From Eledone cirrhosa (Eukaryota): DNA of 64,000 nt. The first letter of the stretch is position 1. Each line of letters starts with the position of its first letter. The notes under the pieces are model-generated. The model did no database searches. It saw only the letters and a program-made list of their open reading frames with translations, and was not told the origin of the DNA. Below, piece after piece: positions 24,401-40,700 of the stretch. The stretch spans positions 42,780,001 to 42,844,000 of the forward strand of contig OZ024750.1 of assembly GCA_964016885.1 (NCBI GenBank). Direction: 5' to 3'. Made by a program: the position numbers and the translations under genes.

Positions 24401-27400
24401 TCACTGTCACCAACACAGTTGTCATCATCATTGTCATTGTCATCACCACAGTTGTCATCATCATTGTCACTGTCACCACCACAGTTGTCATCATCATTGT
24501 CATTGTCACCACCACAGTTGTCATCATCATTGTCATTGTCACCACCACAGTTGTCATCATCATTGTCATTGTCACCACCACAGTTGTCATCATCATTGTC
24601 ATTGTCACCACCACAGTTGTCATCATCATTGTCATTGTCACCACCACAGTTGTCATCATCATTATCACTGTCACCACCACAGTTGTCATCATCATTGTCA
24701 TTGTCACCACCACAGTTGTCATCATCATTGTCACTGTCATCACCACAGTTGTCATCATCATTGTCACTGTCACCACCACAGTTGTCATCATCATTGTCAT
24801 TGTCAACACCACAGTTGTCATCATCATTGTCACCACCACAGCTGTCATCATCATTGTCATTGTCACCACCACAGTTGTCACCATCATTGTCGCTGTCACC
24901 ACCACAGTTGTCATCATCATTGTCATTGTCACCACCACAGTTGTCATCATCATTGTCACTGTCACCACCACAGTTGTCATCATCATTGTCACTGTCACCA
25001 CCACAGTTGTCATCATCATTGTCATTGTCATCACCACAGTTGTCATCATCATTGTCACTGTCACCACCACAGTTGTCATCATCATTGTCATTTTCACCAC
25101 CACAGTTGTCATCATCATAGTCACCACCACAGCTGTCATCATCATTGTCATTGTCACCACCACAGTTGTCATCATCATTGTCACTGTCACCACCACAGTT
25201 GTCATCATCATTGTCATTGTCATCACCACAGTTGTCATCATCATTGTCACTGTCACCACCACAGTTGTCATCATCATTGTCATTGTCACCACCACAGTTG
25301 TCATCATCATTGTCATTGTCATCACCACAGTTATCATCATCATTGTCATTGTCACCACCACAGTTGTCATCATCATTGTCATTGTCACCACCACAGTTGT
25401 CATCTCTGTTGTCACTGTCACCACCACAGTTGTCACCATCATTGTCATTGTCACCACGACAGTTGTCACCACCACAGCTGTCATCATCATTGTCATTGTC
25501 ACCACCACAGCTGTCATCATCATTGTCATTGTCACCACCACAGTTGTCATCATCATTGTCATTGTCACTACCACAGTTGTCATCATCATCTTCACTGTCA
25601 GCACCACAGTTGTCATCATCATTGTCATTGTCACTACCACAGTTGTCATCATCATTGTCATTGTCACCACCACAGTTGTCATCATCATTGTCACTGTCAC
25701 CACCACAGTTGTCATCATCATTGTCATTGTCACCACAACAGTTGTCATCATCATTGTCACTGTCACCAACACAGTTGTCATCATCATTGTCACTGTCACC
25801 AACAAAGTTGTCATCATCATTGTCACTGTCACCACCACAGTTGTCATCATCATTGTCATTGTCACCACCACAGTTGTCATCATCATTGTCATTGTCATCA
25901 CCACAGTTGTCATCATCATTGTCATTGTCACCACCACAGTTGTCATCATCATTGTCACTGTCACCAGCACAGTTGTCATCATCATCATCATTGTCACCAA
26001 CACAGTTGTCATCATCATCGTCATTGTCACCACCACAGTTGTCATCATCATTGTCATTATCACCACCACAGTTGTCATCATCATCGTCATTGTCACCACC
26101 ACAGTTGTCATCATCATTGTCTTGGTCACCACCACAGTTGTCATCATCATTGTCATTGTCACCACCACAGTTGTTATCATCATCGTCATTGTCACCACCA
26201 CAGTTGTCATCATCATTGTCTTTGTCACCACCACAGTTGTCATCATCATCGTCATTGTCACCACCACAGTTGTCATCATCATTGTCATTGTCACCACCAC
26301 AGTTGTCATCATCATTGTCACTGTCACCACCACAGTTGTCACCATCACAGTTGTCATCATCATTGTCACTGTCACCACCACAGTTGTCACCATCACAGTT
26401 GTCATCATCATTGTCATTGTCACCACCACAGTTGTCATCATCATTGTCATTGTCTCCACCACAGTTGTCATCATCATCGTCATTGTCACCACCACAGTTG
26501 TCATCATCATTGTCATTGTCACCACCACAGTTGTCATCATCATTGTCTTTGTCACCACCACAGTTGTCATCATCATTGTCATTGTCACCACCACAGTTGT
26601 CATCATCATTGTCTTTGTCACCACCACAGTTGTCATCATCTTTGTCATTGTCTCCACCACAGTTGTCATCATCATCGTCATTGTCACCACCACAGTTGTC
26701 ATCATCATTGTCATTGTCACCACCACAGTTCTCATCATCATTGTCATTGTCACCACCACAGTTGTCATCATCATCGTCATTGTCACCACCACAGTTGTCA
26801 TCATCATTGTCACTGTCACCACCACAGTTGTCATCATCATCATCATTGTCACCACCACAGTTGTCATCATCATTGTCATTGTCACCACCACAGTTGTCAT
26901 CATCATCGTCATTGTCACCACCACAGTTGTCATCATCATTGTCACGGTCACCACCACAGTTGCATCATCATCATCATTGTCACCACCACAGTTGTCATCA
27001 TCATTGTCATTGTCACCACCACAGTTGTCATCATCATCGTCATTGTCACCACCATAGTTGTCATCATCATTGTCACTGTCACCACCACAGTTGTCATCAT
27101 CATTGTCATTGTCACCACCACAGTTGTCATCATCATTGTCATTGTCACCACCACAATTGTCATCATCATTGTCACTGTCACCACCACAGTTGTCATCATC
27201 ATTGTCATTGTCACCACCACAGTTGTCATCATCATTGTCATTGTCACCACCACAGTTGTCATCATCATCGTCATTGTCACCACCACAGTTGTCATCATCA
27301 TTGTCATTGTCACCACCACAGTTGTCATCATCATTGTCATTGTCACCACCACAGTTGTCACCATCATTGTCATTGTCACCACCACAGCTGTCATCATCAT

Positions 27401-28999
27401 TGTCATTGTCACCACCACAGTTGTCATCGTCATTGTCATTGTCATCACCACAGTTGTCATCATCATTGTCATTGTTATCACCACAGTTGTCATCATAATT
27501 GTCATTGTCATCACCACAGTTGTCATCATCATTGTCATTGTCACCACCACAGTTGTCACCATCATTGTCATTGTCACCACGACAGTTGTCACCACCACAG
27601 CTGTCATCATCATTGTCATTGTCACCACCACAGCTGTCATCATCATTGTCATTGTCACCACCACAGTTGTCATCATCATTGTCATTGTCACTACCACAGT
27701 TGTCATCATCATCTTCACTGTCAGCACCACAGTTGTCATCATCATTGTCATTGTCACTACCACAGTTGTCATCATCATTGTCATTGTCACCACCACAGTT
27801 GTCATCATCATTGTCATTGTCACCACCACAGTTGTCATCATCATTGTCATTGTCACCACCACAGTTGTCATCATCATTGTCATTGTCATCACCACAGTTG
27901 TCATCATCATTGTCACTGTCACCAACACAGTTGTCATCATCATTGTCACTGTCACCAACACAGTTGTCATCATCATTGTCACTGTCACCACCACAGTTGT
28001 CATCATCATTGTCATTGTCACCACCACAGTTGTCATCATCATTGTCATTGTCATCACCACAGTTGTCATCATCATTTTCATTGTCACCACCACAGTTGTC
28101 ATCATCATTGTCACTGTCACCAGCACAGTTGTCATCATCATCATCATTGTCACCAACACAGTTGTCATCATCATCGTCATTGTCACCACCACAGTTGTCA
28201 TCATCATTGTCATTATCACCACCACAGTTGTCATCATCATCGTCATTGTCACCACCACAGTTGTCATCATCATTGTCTTTGTCACCACCACAGTTGTCAT
28301 CATCATTGTCATTGTCACCACCACAGTTGTCATCATCATCGTCATTGTCACCACCACAGTTGTCATCATCATTGTCTTTGTCACCACCACAGTTGTCATC
28401 ATCATCGTCATTGTCACCACCACAGTTGTCATCATCATTGTCATTGTCACCACCACAGTTGTCATCATCATTGTCTTTGTCACCACCACAGCTGTCATCA
28501 TCATTGTCACTGTCATCACCACAGTTGTCATCATCATTGTCACTGTCACCACCACAGTTGTCATCATCATTGTCATTGTCACCACCACAGTTGTCATCAT
28601 CATTGTCATTGTCATCACCACAGTTGTCATCATCATTGTCACTGTCACCACCACAGTTGTCATCATCATTGTCATTGTCATCACCACAGTTGTCATCATC
28701 ATTGTCATTGTCACCACCACAGTTGTCACCATCATTGTCATTGTCACCACCACAGTTGTCATCATCATTGTCATTGTCACCACCACAGTTGCCATCATCA
28801 TTTTCATTGTCATCACCACAGTTGTCATCTTCATTGTCACTGTCACCACCACAGGTGTCATCATCATTGTCATTGTCACCACCACAGTTGTCACCATCAT
28901 TGTCATTGTCACCACCACAGCTGTCATCATCATTGTCATTGTCACCACCACAGTTGTCATCGTCATTGTCATTGTCATCACCACAGTTGTCATCATCAT

Positions 29000-31900
29000 T
29001 GTCATTGTCATCACCACAGTTGTCATCATCATTGTCATTGTCATCACCACAGTTGTCATCATCATTGTCATTGTCACCACCACAGTTGTCACCATCATTG
29101 TCATTGTCACCACGACAGTTGTCACCACCACAGCTGTCATCATCATTGTCATTGTCACCACCACAGCTGTCATCATCATTGTCATTGTCACCACCACAGT
29201 TGTCATCATCATTGTCATTGTCACTACCACAGTTGTCATCATCATCTTCACTGTCAGCACCACAGTTGTCATCAGCATTGTCATTGTCACTACCATAGTT
29301 GTCATCATCATTGTCATTGTCAACACCACAGTTGTCATCTTCATTGTCACTGTCACCACCACAGTTGTCATCATCATTGTCATTGTCACCACCACAGTTG
29401 TCATCATCATTGTCATTGTCATCACCACAGTTGTCATCATCATTGTCACTGTCACCAACAGAGTTGTCATCATCATTGTCACTGTCACCAACACAGTTGT
29501 CATCATCATTGTCACTGTCACCACCACAGTTGTCATCATCATTGTCATTGTCACCACCACAGTTGTCATCATCATTGTCATTGTCATCACCACAGTTGTC
29601 ATCATCATTGTCACTGTCACCACCACAGTTGTCATCATCATTGTCATTGTCACCACCACAGTTGTCATCATCATTGTCATTGTCACCACCACAGTTGTCA
29701 TCATCATTGTCATTGTCACCACCACAGTTGTCATCATCATTGTCATTGTCACCACCACAGTTGTCATCATCATTGTCATTGTCACCACCACAGTTGTCAT
29801 CATCATTGTCATTGTCACCACCACAGTTGTCATCATCATTATCACTGTCACCACCACAGTTGTCATCATCATTGTCATTGTCACCACCACAGTTGTCATC
29901 ATCATTGTCACTGTCATCACCACAGTTGTCATCATCATTGTCACTGTCACCACCACAGTTGTCCTCATCATTGTCATTGTCATCACCACAGTTGTCATCA
30001 TCATTGTCATTGTCACCACCACAGTTGTCACCATCATTGTCATTGTCACCACCACAGTTGTCATCATCATTGTCATTGTCACCACCACAGTTGTCATCAT
30101 CATTTTCATTGTCATCACCACAGTTGTCATCATCATTGTCACTGTCACCACCACAGTTGTCATCATCATTGTCATTGTCACCACCACAGTTGTCACCATC
30201 ATTGTCATTGTCACCACCACAGCTGTCATCGTCATTGTCATTGTCATCACCACAGTTGTCATCATCATTGTCATTGTCATCACCACAGTTGTCATCATCA
30301 TTGTCATTGTCATCACCACAGTTGTCATCATCATTGTCATTGTCACCACCACAGTTGTCACCATCATTGTCATTGTCACCACGACAGTTGTCACCACCAC
30401 AGCTGTCATCATCATTGTCATTGTCACCACCACAGCTGTCATCATCATTGTCATTGTCACCACCACAGTTGTCATCATCATTGTCATTGTCACTACCACA
30501 GTTGTCATCATCATCTTCACTGTCAGCACCACAGTTGTCATCATCATTGTCATTGTCACTACCACAGTTGTCATCATCATTTTCATTGTCACCACCACAG
30601 TTGTCATCTTCATTGTCACTGTCACCACCACAGTTGTTATCATCATTGTCATTGTCACCACCACAGTTGTCATCATCATTGTCATTGTCATCACCACAGT
30701 TGTCATCATCATTGTCACTGTCACCAACACAGTTGTCATCATCATTGTCATTGTCATCACCACAGTTGTCATCATCATTGTCACTGTCACCACCACAGTT
30801 GTCATCATCATTGTCATTGTCACCACCACAGTTGTCATCATCATTGTCATTGTCACCACCACAGTTGTCATCATCATTGTCATTGTCACCACCACAGTTG
30901 TCATCATCATTGTCATTGTCACCACCACAGTTGTCATCATCATTGTCATTGTCACCACCACAGTTGTCATCATCATTATCACTGTCACCACCGCAGTTGT
31001 CATCATCATTGTCATTGTCACCACCACAGTTGTCATCATCATTGTCACTGTCATCACCACAGTTGTCATCATCATTGTCACTGTCACCACCACAGTTGTC
31101 ATCATCATTGTCATTGTCAACACCACAGTTGTCATCATCATTGTCACCACCACAGCTGTCATCATCATTGTCATTGTCACCACCACAGTTGTCACCATCA
31201 TTGTCACTGTCACCACCACAGTTGTCATCATCATTATCATTGTCACCACCACAGTTGTCATCATCATTGTCACTGTCACCACCACAGTTGTCATCATCAT
31301 TGTCACTGTCACCACCACAGTTGTCATCATCATTGTCATTGTCATCACCACAGTTGTCATCATCATTGTCACTGTCACCACCACAGTTGTCATCATCATT
31401 GTCATTGTCACCACCACAGTTGTCATCATCATAGTCACCACCACAGCTGTCATCATCATTGTCATTGTCACCACCACAGTTGTCATCATCATTGTCACTG
31501 TCACCACCACAGTTGTCATCATCATTGTCACTGTCACCACCACAGTTGTCATCATCATTGTCACTGTCACCACCACAGTTGTCATCATCATTGTCACTGT
31601 CACCACCACAGTTGTCATCATCATTGTCATTGTCATCACCACAGTTGTCATCATCATTGTCACTGTCACCACCACAGTTGTCATCATCATTGTCATTGTC
31701 ACCACCACAGTTGTCATCATCATTGTCATTGTCATCACCACAGTTATCATCATCATTGTCATTGTCACCACCACAGTTGTCATCATCATTGTCATTGTCA
31801 CCACCACAGTTGTCATCTCTGTTGTCACTGTCACCACCACAGTTGTCACCATCATTGTCATTGTCACCACGACAGTTGTCATCATTATTGTCATTGTCAC

Positions 31901-34790
31901 CACCACAGTTGTCATCATCATTGTCATTGTCATCACCACAGTTGTCATCATCATTGTCATTGTCATCACCACAGTTGTCATCATCATTGTCATTGTCACC
32001 ACCACAGTTGTCACCATCATTGTCATTGTCACCACGACAGTTGTCACCACCACAGCTGTCATCATCATTGTCATTGTCACCACCACAGCTGTCATCATCA
32101 TTGTCATTGTCACCACCACAGTTGTCATCATCATTGTCATTGTCACTACCACAGTTGTCATCATCATCTTCACTGTCAGCACCACAGTTGTCATCAGCAT
32201 TGTCATTGTCACTACCATAGTTGTCATCATCATTGTCATTGTCAACACCACAGTTGTCATCTTCATTGTCACTGTCACCACCACAGTTGTCATCATCATT
32301 GTCATTGTCACCACCACAGTTGTCATCATCATTGTCATTGTCATCACCACAGTTGTCATCATCATTGTCACTGTCACCAACAGAGTTGTCATCATCATTG
32401 TCACTGTCACCAACACAGTTGTCATCATCATTGTCACTGTCACCACCACAGTTGTCATCATCATTGTCATTGTCACCACCACAGTTGTCATCATCATTGT
32501 CATTGTCATCACCACAGTTGTCATCATCATTGTCACTGTCACCACCACAGTTGTCATCATCATTGTCATTGTCACCACCACAGTTGTCATCATCATTGTC
32601 ATTGTCACCACCACAGTTGTCATCATCATTGTCATTGTCACCACCACAGTTGTCATCATCATTGTCATTGTCACCACCACAGTTGTCATCATCATTGTCA
32701 TTGTCACCACCACAGTTGTCATCATCATTATCACTGTCACCACCACAGTTGTCATCATCATTGTCATTGTCACCACCACAGTTGTCATCATCATTGTCAC
32801 TGTCATCACCACAGTTGTCATCATCATTGTCACTGTCACCACCACAGTTGTCCTCATCATTGTCATTGTCATCACCACAGTTGTCATCATCATTGTCATT
32901 GTCACCACCACAGTTGTCACCATCATTGTCATTGTCACCACCACAGTTGTCATCATCATTGTCATTGTCACCACCACAGTTGTCATCATCATTTTCATTG
33001 TCATCACCACAGTTGTCATCATCATTGTCACTGTCACCACCACAGTTGTCATCATCATTGTCATTGTCACCACCACAGTTGTCACCATCATTGTCATTGT
33101 CACCACCACAGCTGTCATCGTCATTGTCATTGTCATCACCACAGTTGTCATCATCATTGTCATTGTCATCACCACAGTTGTCATCATCATTGTCATTGTC
33201 ATCACCACAGTTGTCATCATCATTGTCATTGTCACCACCACAGTTGTCACCATCATTGTCATTGTCACCACGACAGTTGTCACCACCACAGCTGTCATCA
33301 TCATTGTCATTGTCACCACCACAGCTGTCATCATCATTGTCATTGTCACCACCACAGTTGTCATCATCATTGTCATTGTCACTACCACAGTTGTCATCAT
33401 CATCTTCACTGTCAGCACCACAGTTGTCATCATCATTGTCATTGTCACTACCACAGTTGTCATCATCATTTTCATTGTCACCACCACAGTTGTCATCTTC
33501 ATTGTCACTGTCACCACCACAGTTGTTATCATCATTGTCATTGTCACCACCACAGTTGTCATCATCATTGTCATTGTCATCACCACAGTTGTCATCATCA
33601 TTGTCACTGTCACCAACACAGTTGTCATCATCATTGTCATTGTCATCACCACAGTTGTCATCATCATTGTCACTGTCACCACCACAGTTGTCATCATCAT
33701 TGTCATTGTCACCACCACAGTTGTCATCATCATTGTCATTGTCACCACCACAGTTGTCATCATCATTGTCATTGTCACCACCACAGTTGTCATCATCATT
33801 GTCATTGTCACCACCACAGTTGTCATCATCATTGTCATTGTCACCACCACAGTTGTCATCATCATTATCACTGTCACCACCGCAGTTGTCATCATCATTG
33901 TCATTGTCACCACCACAGTTGTCATCATCATTGTCACTGTCATCACCACAGTTGTCATCATCATTGTCACTGTCACCACCACAGTTGTCATCATCATTGT
34001 CATTGTCAACACCACAGTTGTCATCATCATTGTCACCACCACAGCTGTCATCATCATTGTCATTGTCACCACCACAGTTGTCACCATCATTGTCACTGTC
34101 ACCACCACAGTTGTCATCATCATTATCATTGTCACCACCACAGTTGTCATCATCATTGTCACTGTCACCACCACAGTTGTCATCATCATTGTCACTGTCA
34201 CCACCACAGTTGTCATCATCATTGTCATTGTCATCACCACAGTTGTCATCATCATTGTCACTGTCACCACCACAGTTGTCATCATCATTGTCATTGTCAC
34301 CACCACAGTTGTCATCATCATAGTCACCACCACAGCTGTCATCATCATTGTCATTGTCACCACCACAGTTGTCATCATCATTGTCACTGTCACCACCACA
34401 GTTGTCATCATCATTGTCACTGTCACCACCACAGTTGTCATCATCATTGTCACTGTCACCACCACAGTTGTCATCATCATTGTCACTGTCACCACCACAG
34501 TTGTCATCATCATTGTCATTGTCATCACCACAGTTGTCATCATCATTGTCACTGTCACCACCACAGTTGTCATCATCATTGTCATTGTCACCACCACAGT
34601 TGTCATCATCATTGTCATTGTCATCACCACAGTTATCATCATCATTGTCATTGTCACCACCACAGTTGTCATCATCATTGTCATTGTCACCACCACAGTT
34701 GTCATCTCTGTTGTCACTGTCACCACCACAGTTGTCACCATCATTGTCATTGTCACCACGACAGTTGTCATCATTATTGTCATTGTCACC
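29000..34790. repeat. ~2.9-kb tandem higher-order duplication within the satellite (boundaries approximate)
   Basis: Rare variants recur in the same order at offsets 2922 (29299/32221) and 2889 (31459/34348), i.e. one monomer less. Confidence 0.85.
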
Positions 34791-37700
34791 ACCACAGTTG
34801 TCATCATCATTGTCATTGTCACTACCACAGTTGTCATCATCATCTTCACTGTCAGCACCACAGTTGTCATCATCATTGTCATTGTCACTACCACAGTTGT
34901 CATCATCATTGTCATTGTCACCACCACAGTTGTCATCATCATTGTCACTGTCACCACCACAGTTGTCATCATCATTGTCATTGTCACCACCACAGTTGTC
35001 ATCATCATTGTCACTGTCACCAACACAGTTGTCATCATCATTGTCACTGTCACCAACAAAGTTGTCATCATCAATGTCACTGTCACCACCACAGTTGTCA
35101 TCATCATTGTCATTGTCACCACCACAGTTGTCATCATCATTGTCATTGTCATCACCACAGTTGTCATCATCATTGTCATTGTCACCACCACAGTTGTCAT
35201 CATCATTGTCACTGTCACCAGCACAGTTGTCATCATCATCATCATTGTCACCAACACAGTTGTCATCATCATCGTCATTGTCACCACCACAGTTGTCATC
35301 ATCATTGTCATTATCACCACCACAGTTGTCATCATCATCGTCATTGTCACCACCACAGTTGTCATCATCATTGTCTTTGTCACCACCACAGTTGTCATCA
35401 TCATTGTCATTGTCACCACCACAGTTGTTATCATCATCGTCATTGTCACCACCACAGTTGTCATCATCATTGTCTTTGTCACCACCACAGTTGTCATCAT
35501 CATCGTCATTGTCACCACCACAGTTGTCATCATCATTGTCATTGTCACCACCACAGTTGTCATCATCATTGTCACTGTCACCACCACAGTTGTCACCATC
35601 ACAGTTGTCATCATCATTGTCTTTGTCACCACCACAGTTGTCATCATCATTGTCATTGTCTCCACCACAGTTGTCATCATCATCGTCATTGTCACCACCA
35701 CAGTTGTCATCATCATTGTCATTGTCACCACCACAGTTGTCATCATCATTGTCTTTGTCACCACCACAGTTGTCATCATCATTGTCATTGTCACCACCAC
35801 AGTTGTCATCATCATTGTCTTTGTCACCACCACAGTTGTCATCATCTTTGTCATTGTCTCCACCACAGTTGTCATCATCATCGTCATTGTCACCACCACA
35901 GTTGTCATCATCATTGTCATTGTCACCACCACAGTTGTCATCATCATTGTCATTGTCACCACCACAGTTGTCATCATCATCGTCATTGTCACCACCACAG
36001 TTGTCATCATCATTGTCACTGTCACCACCACAGTTGTCATCATCATCATCATTGTCACCACCACAGTTGTCATCATCATTGTCATTGTCACCACCACAGT
36101 TGTCATCATCATCGTCATTGTCACCACCACAGTTGTCATCATCATCGTCATTGTCACCACCACAGTTGTCATCATCATTGTCACTGTCACCACCACAGTT
36201 GCATCATCATCATCATTGTCACCACCACAGTTGTCATCATCATTGTCATTGTCACCACCACAGTTGTCATCATCATCGTCATTGTCACCACCATAGTTGT
36301 CATCATCATTGTCACTGTCACCACCACAGTTGTCATCATCATTGTCATTGTCACCACCACAGTTGTCATCATCATTGTCATTGTCACCACCACAATTGTC
36401 ATCATCATTGTCACTGTCACCACCACAGTTGTCATCATCATTGTCATTGTCACCACCACAGTTGTCATCATCATTGTCATTGTCACCACCACAGTTGTCA
36501 TCATCATCGTCATTGTCACCACCACAGTTGTCATCATCATTGTCATTGTCACCACCACAGTTGTCATCATCATCGTCATTGTCACCACCACAGTTGTCAT
36601 CATCAATGTCATTGTCACCACCACAGTTGTCACCATCATTGTCATTGTCACCACCACAGTTGTCATCATCATTGTCACTGTCACCATCACAGTTGTCATC
36701 ATCATTGTCACTGTCACCACCACAGTTGTCATCATCATTGTCATTGTCACCACCACAGTTGTCATCATCATTGTCACTGTCACCACCACAGTTGTCATCA
36801 TCATTGTCATTGTCATCACCACAGTTGTCATCATCATTGTCACTGTCATCACCACAGTTGTCATCATCATTGTCACTGTCACCACCACAGCTGTCATCAT
36901 CATTGTCACTGTCATCACCACAGTTGTCATCATCATTGTCACTGTCACCACCACAGTTGTCATCATCATTGTCATTGTCACCACCACAGTTGTCATCATC
37001 ATTGTCATTGTCACCACCACAGTTGTCATCATCATTGTCATTGTCACCACCACAGTTGTCATCATCATTTTCATTGTCATCACCACAGTTGTCATCATCA
37101 TTGTCACTGTCACCACCACAGTTGTCATCATCATTGTCATTGTCACCACCACAGTTGTCACCATCATTGTCATTGTCACCACCACAGCTGTCATCATCAT
37201 TGTCATTGTCACCACCACAGTTGTCATCGTCATTGTCATTGTCATCACCACAGTTGTCATCATCATTGTCATTGTCATCACCACAGTTGTCATCATCATC
37301 GTCATTGTCATCACCACAGTTGTCATCATCATTGTCATTGTCACCACCACAGTTGTCACCATCATTGTCATTGTCACCACGACAGTTGTCACCACCACAG
37401 CTGTCATCATCATTGTCATTGTCACCACCACAGCTGTCATCATCATTGTCATTGTCACCACCACAGTTGTCATCATCATTGTCATTGTCACTACCACAGT
37501 TGTCATCATCATCTTCACTGTCAGCACCACAGTTGTCATCAGCATTGTCATTGTCACTACCACAGTTGTCATCATCATTGTCATTGTCACCACCACAGTT
37601 GTCATCTTCATTGTCACTGTCACCACCACAGTTGTCATCATCATTGTCATTGTCACCACCACAGTTGTCATCATCATTGTCATTGTCATCACCACAGTTG

Positions 37701-40700
37701 TCATCATCATTGTCACTGTCACCAACACAGTTGTCATCATCATTGTCACTGTCACCAACACAGTTGTCATCATCATTGTCACTGTCACCACCACAGTTGT
37801 CATCATCATTGTCATTGTCACCACCACAGTTGTCATCATCATTGTCATTGTCATCACCACAGTTGTCATCATCATTGTCACTGTCACCACCACAGTTGTC
37901 ATCATCATTGTCATTGTCACCACCACAGTTGTCATCATCATTGTCATTGTCACCACCACAGTTGTCATCATCATTGTCATTGTCACCACCACAGTTGTCA
38001 TCATCATTGTCATTGTCACCACCACAGTTGTCATCATCATTGTCATTGTCACCACCACAGTTGTCATCATCATTGTCATTGTCACCACCACAGTTGTCAT
38101 CATCATTATCACTGTCACCACCACAGTTGTCATCATCATTGTCATTGTCACCACCACAGTTGTCATCATCATTGTCACTGTCATCACCACAGTTGTCATC
38201 GTCATTGTCACTGTCACCACCACAGTTGTCATCATCATTGTCATTGTCAACACCACAGTTGTCATCATCATTGTCACCACCACAGCTGTCATCATCATTG
38301 TCATTGACACCACCACAGTTGTCACCATCATTGTCACTGTCACCACCACAGTTGTCATCATCATTGTCATTGTCACCACCACAGATGTCATCATCATTGT
38401 CACTGTCACCACCACAGTTGTCATCATCATTGTCACTGTCACCACCACAGTTGTCATCATCATTGTCATTGTCACCACCACAGTTGTCATCATCATTGTC
38501 ATTGTCATCACCACAGTTGTCATCATCATTGTCACTGTCACCACCACAGTTGTCATCATCATTGTCATTGTCACCACCACAGTTGTCATCATCATTGTCA
38601 CCACCACAGCTGTCATCATCATTGTCATTGTCACCACCACAGTTGTCATCATCATTGTCACTGTCACCACCACAGTTGTCATCATCATTGTCACTGTCAC
38701 CACCACAGTTGTCATCATCATTGTCACTGTCACCACCACAGTTGTCATCATCATTGTCACTGTCACCACCACAGTTGTCATCATCCTTGTCATTGTCATC
38801 ACCACAGTTGTCATCATCATTGTCACTGTCACCACCACAGTTGTCATCATCATTGTCATTGTCACCACCACAGTTGTCATCATCATTGTCACTGTCACCA
38901 ACACAGTTGTCATCATCATTGTCATTGTCACCACCACAGTTGTCATCATCATTATCATTGTCACCACCACAGTTGTCATCATCATTGTCACTGTCACCAC
39001 CACAGTTGTCATCATCATTGTCATTGTCACCACCACAGTTGTCACCATCATTGTCATTTTCACCAACACAGTTGTCATCATCATTGTCATTGTCATCACC
39101 ACAGTTGTCATCATCATTGTCATTGTCATCACCACAGTTGTCACCACCACAGTTGTCACCATAATTGTCATTGTCACCACCACAGTTGTCACCACCACAG
39201 TTGTCATCATCATTGTCACTGTCACCATCACAGTTGTCATCATCATTGTCATTGTCACCACCACAGTTGTCATCATCATTGTCACTGTCATCACCACAGT
39301 TGTCATCATCATTGTCATTGTCACCACCACAGTTGTTATCATCATTGTCACTGTCACCACCACAGTTGTCATCATCATTGTCATTGTCATCACCACAGTT
39401 GTCATCATCATTGTCATTGTCACCACCACAGTTGTCATCATCATTGTCATTGTCACCACCACAGTTGTCATCATCATTGTCATTGTCATCACCACAGTTG
39501 TCATCATCATTGTCATTGTCACCACCACAGTTGTCATCATCATTGCCATTGTCACCACCACAGTTGTCATCATCATTGTCATTGTCACCACCACAGTTGT
39601 CATCATCATTGTCACTGTCATCACCACAGTTGTCATCATCATTGTCATTGTCACCACCACAGTTGTCATCATGATTGTCACTGTCACCACCACAGTTGTC
39701 ATCATCATCGTCATTGTCACCACCACAGTTGTCATCATCATCGTCATTGTCACCACCACAGTTGTCATCATCATTGTCACTGTCACCAACACAGTTGTCA
39801 TCATCATCGTCATTGTCACCACCACAGTTGTCATCATCATTGTCATTGTCACCACCACAGTTGTAATCATCATCGTCATTGTCACCACCACAGTTGTCAT
39901 CATCATTGTTATTGTCACCACCACAGTTGTCATCTTCATTGTCATTGTCACCACCACAGTTGTAATCATCATCGTCATTGTCACCACCACAGTTGTCATC
40001 ATCATTGTCATTGTCACCACCACAGTTGTAATCATCATCGTCATTGTCACCACCACAGTTGTCATCATCATTGTTATTGTCATCACCACAGTTGTCATCA
40101 TCATTGTCATTGTCACCACCACAGTTGTCATCATCATTGTCATTGTCACAACCACAGTTGTCATCATCATTGTCACTGTCACCACCACAGTTGTCATCAT
40201 CATTGTCATTGTTACCACCACAGTTGTCATCATCATTGTTATTGTCACCACCACAGTTGTCATCATCATTGTCACTACCACAGTTGTCATCATCATCGTC
40301 ATTGTCACCACCACAGTTGTCATCATCATCGTCATTGTCACCACCACAGTTGTCATCATCATTGTCACTGTCACCAACACAGTTGTCATCATCATCGTCA
40401 CTGTCACCACCACAGTTGTCATCATCATCGTCACTGTCACCATCACAGTTGTCATCATCATTGTCATTGTCACCACCACAGTTGTCATCATCATTGTCAC
40501 TGTCACCACCACAGTTGTCATCATCATTGTCATTGTCACCACCACAGTTGTCATCATCATCGTCACTGTCACCATCACAGTTGTCATCATCATTGTCACT
40601 GTCACCACCACAGTTGTCATCATCATTGTCACTGTCACCACCACAGTTGTCATCATCATTGTCATTGTCACCACCACAGTTGTCATCATCATTGTCACTG

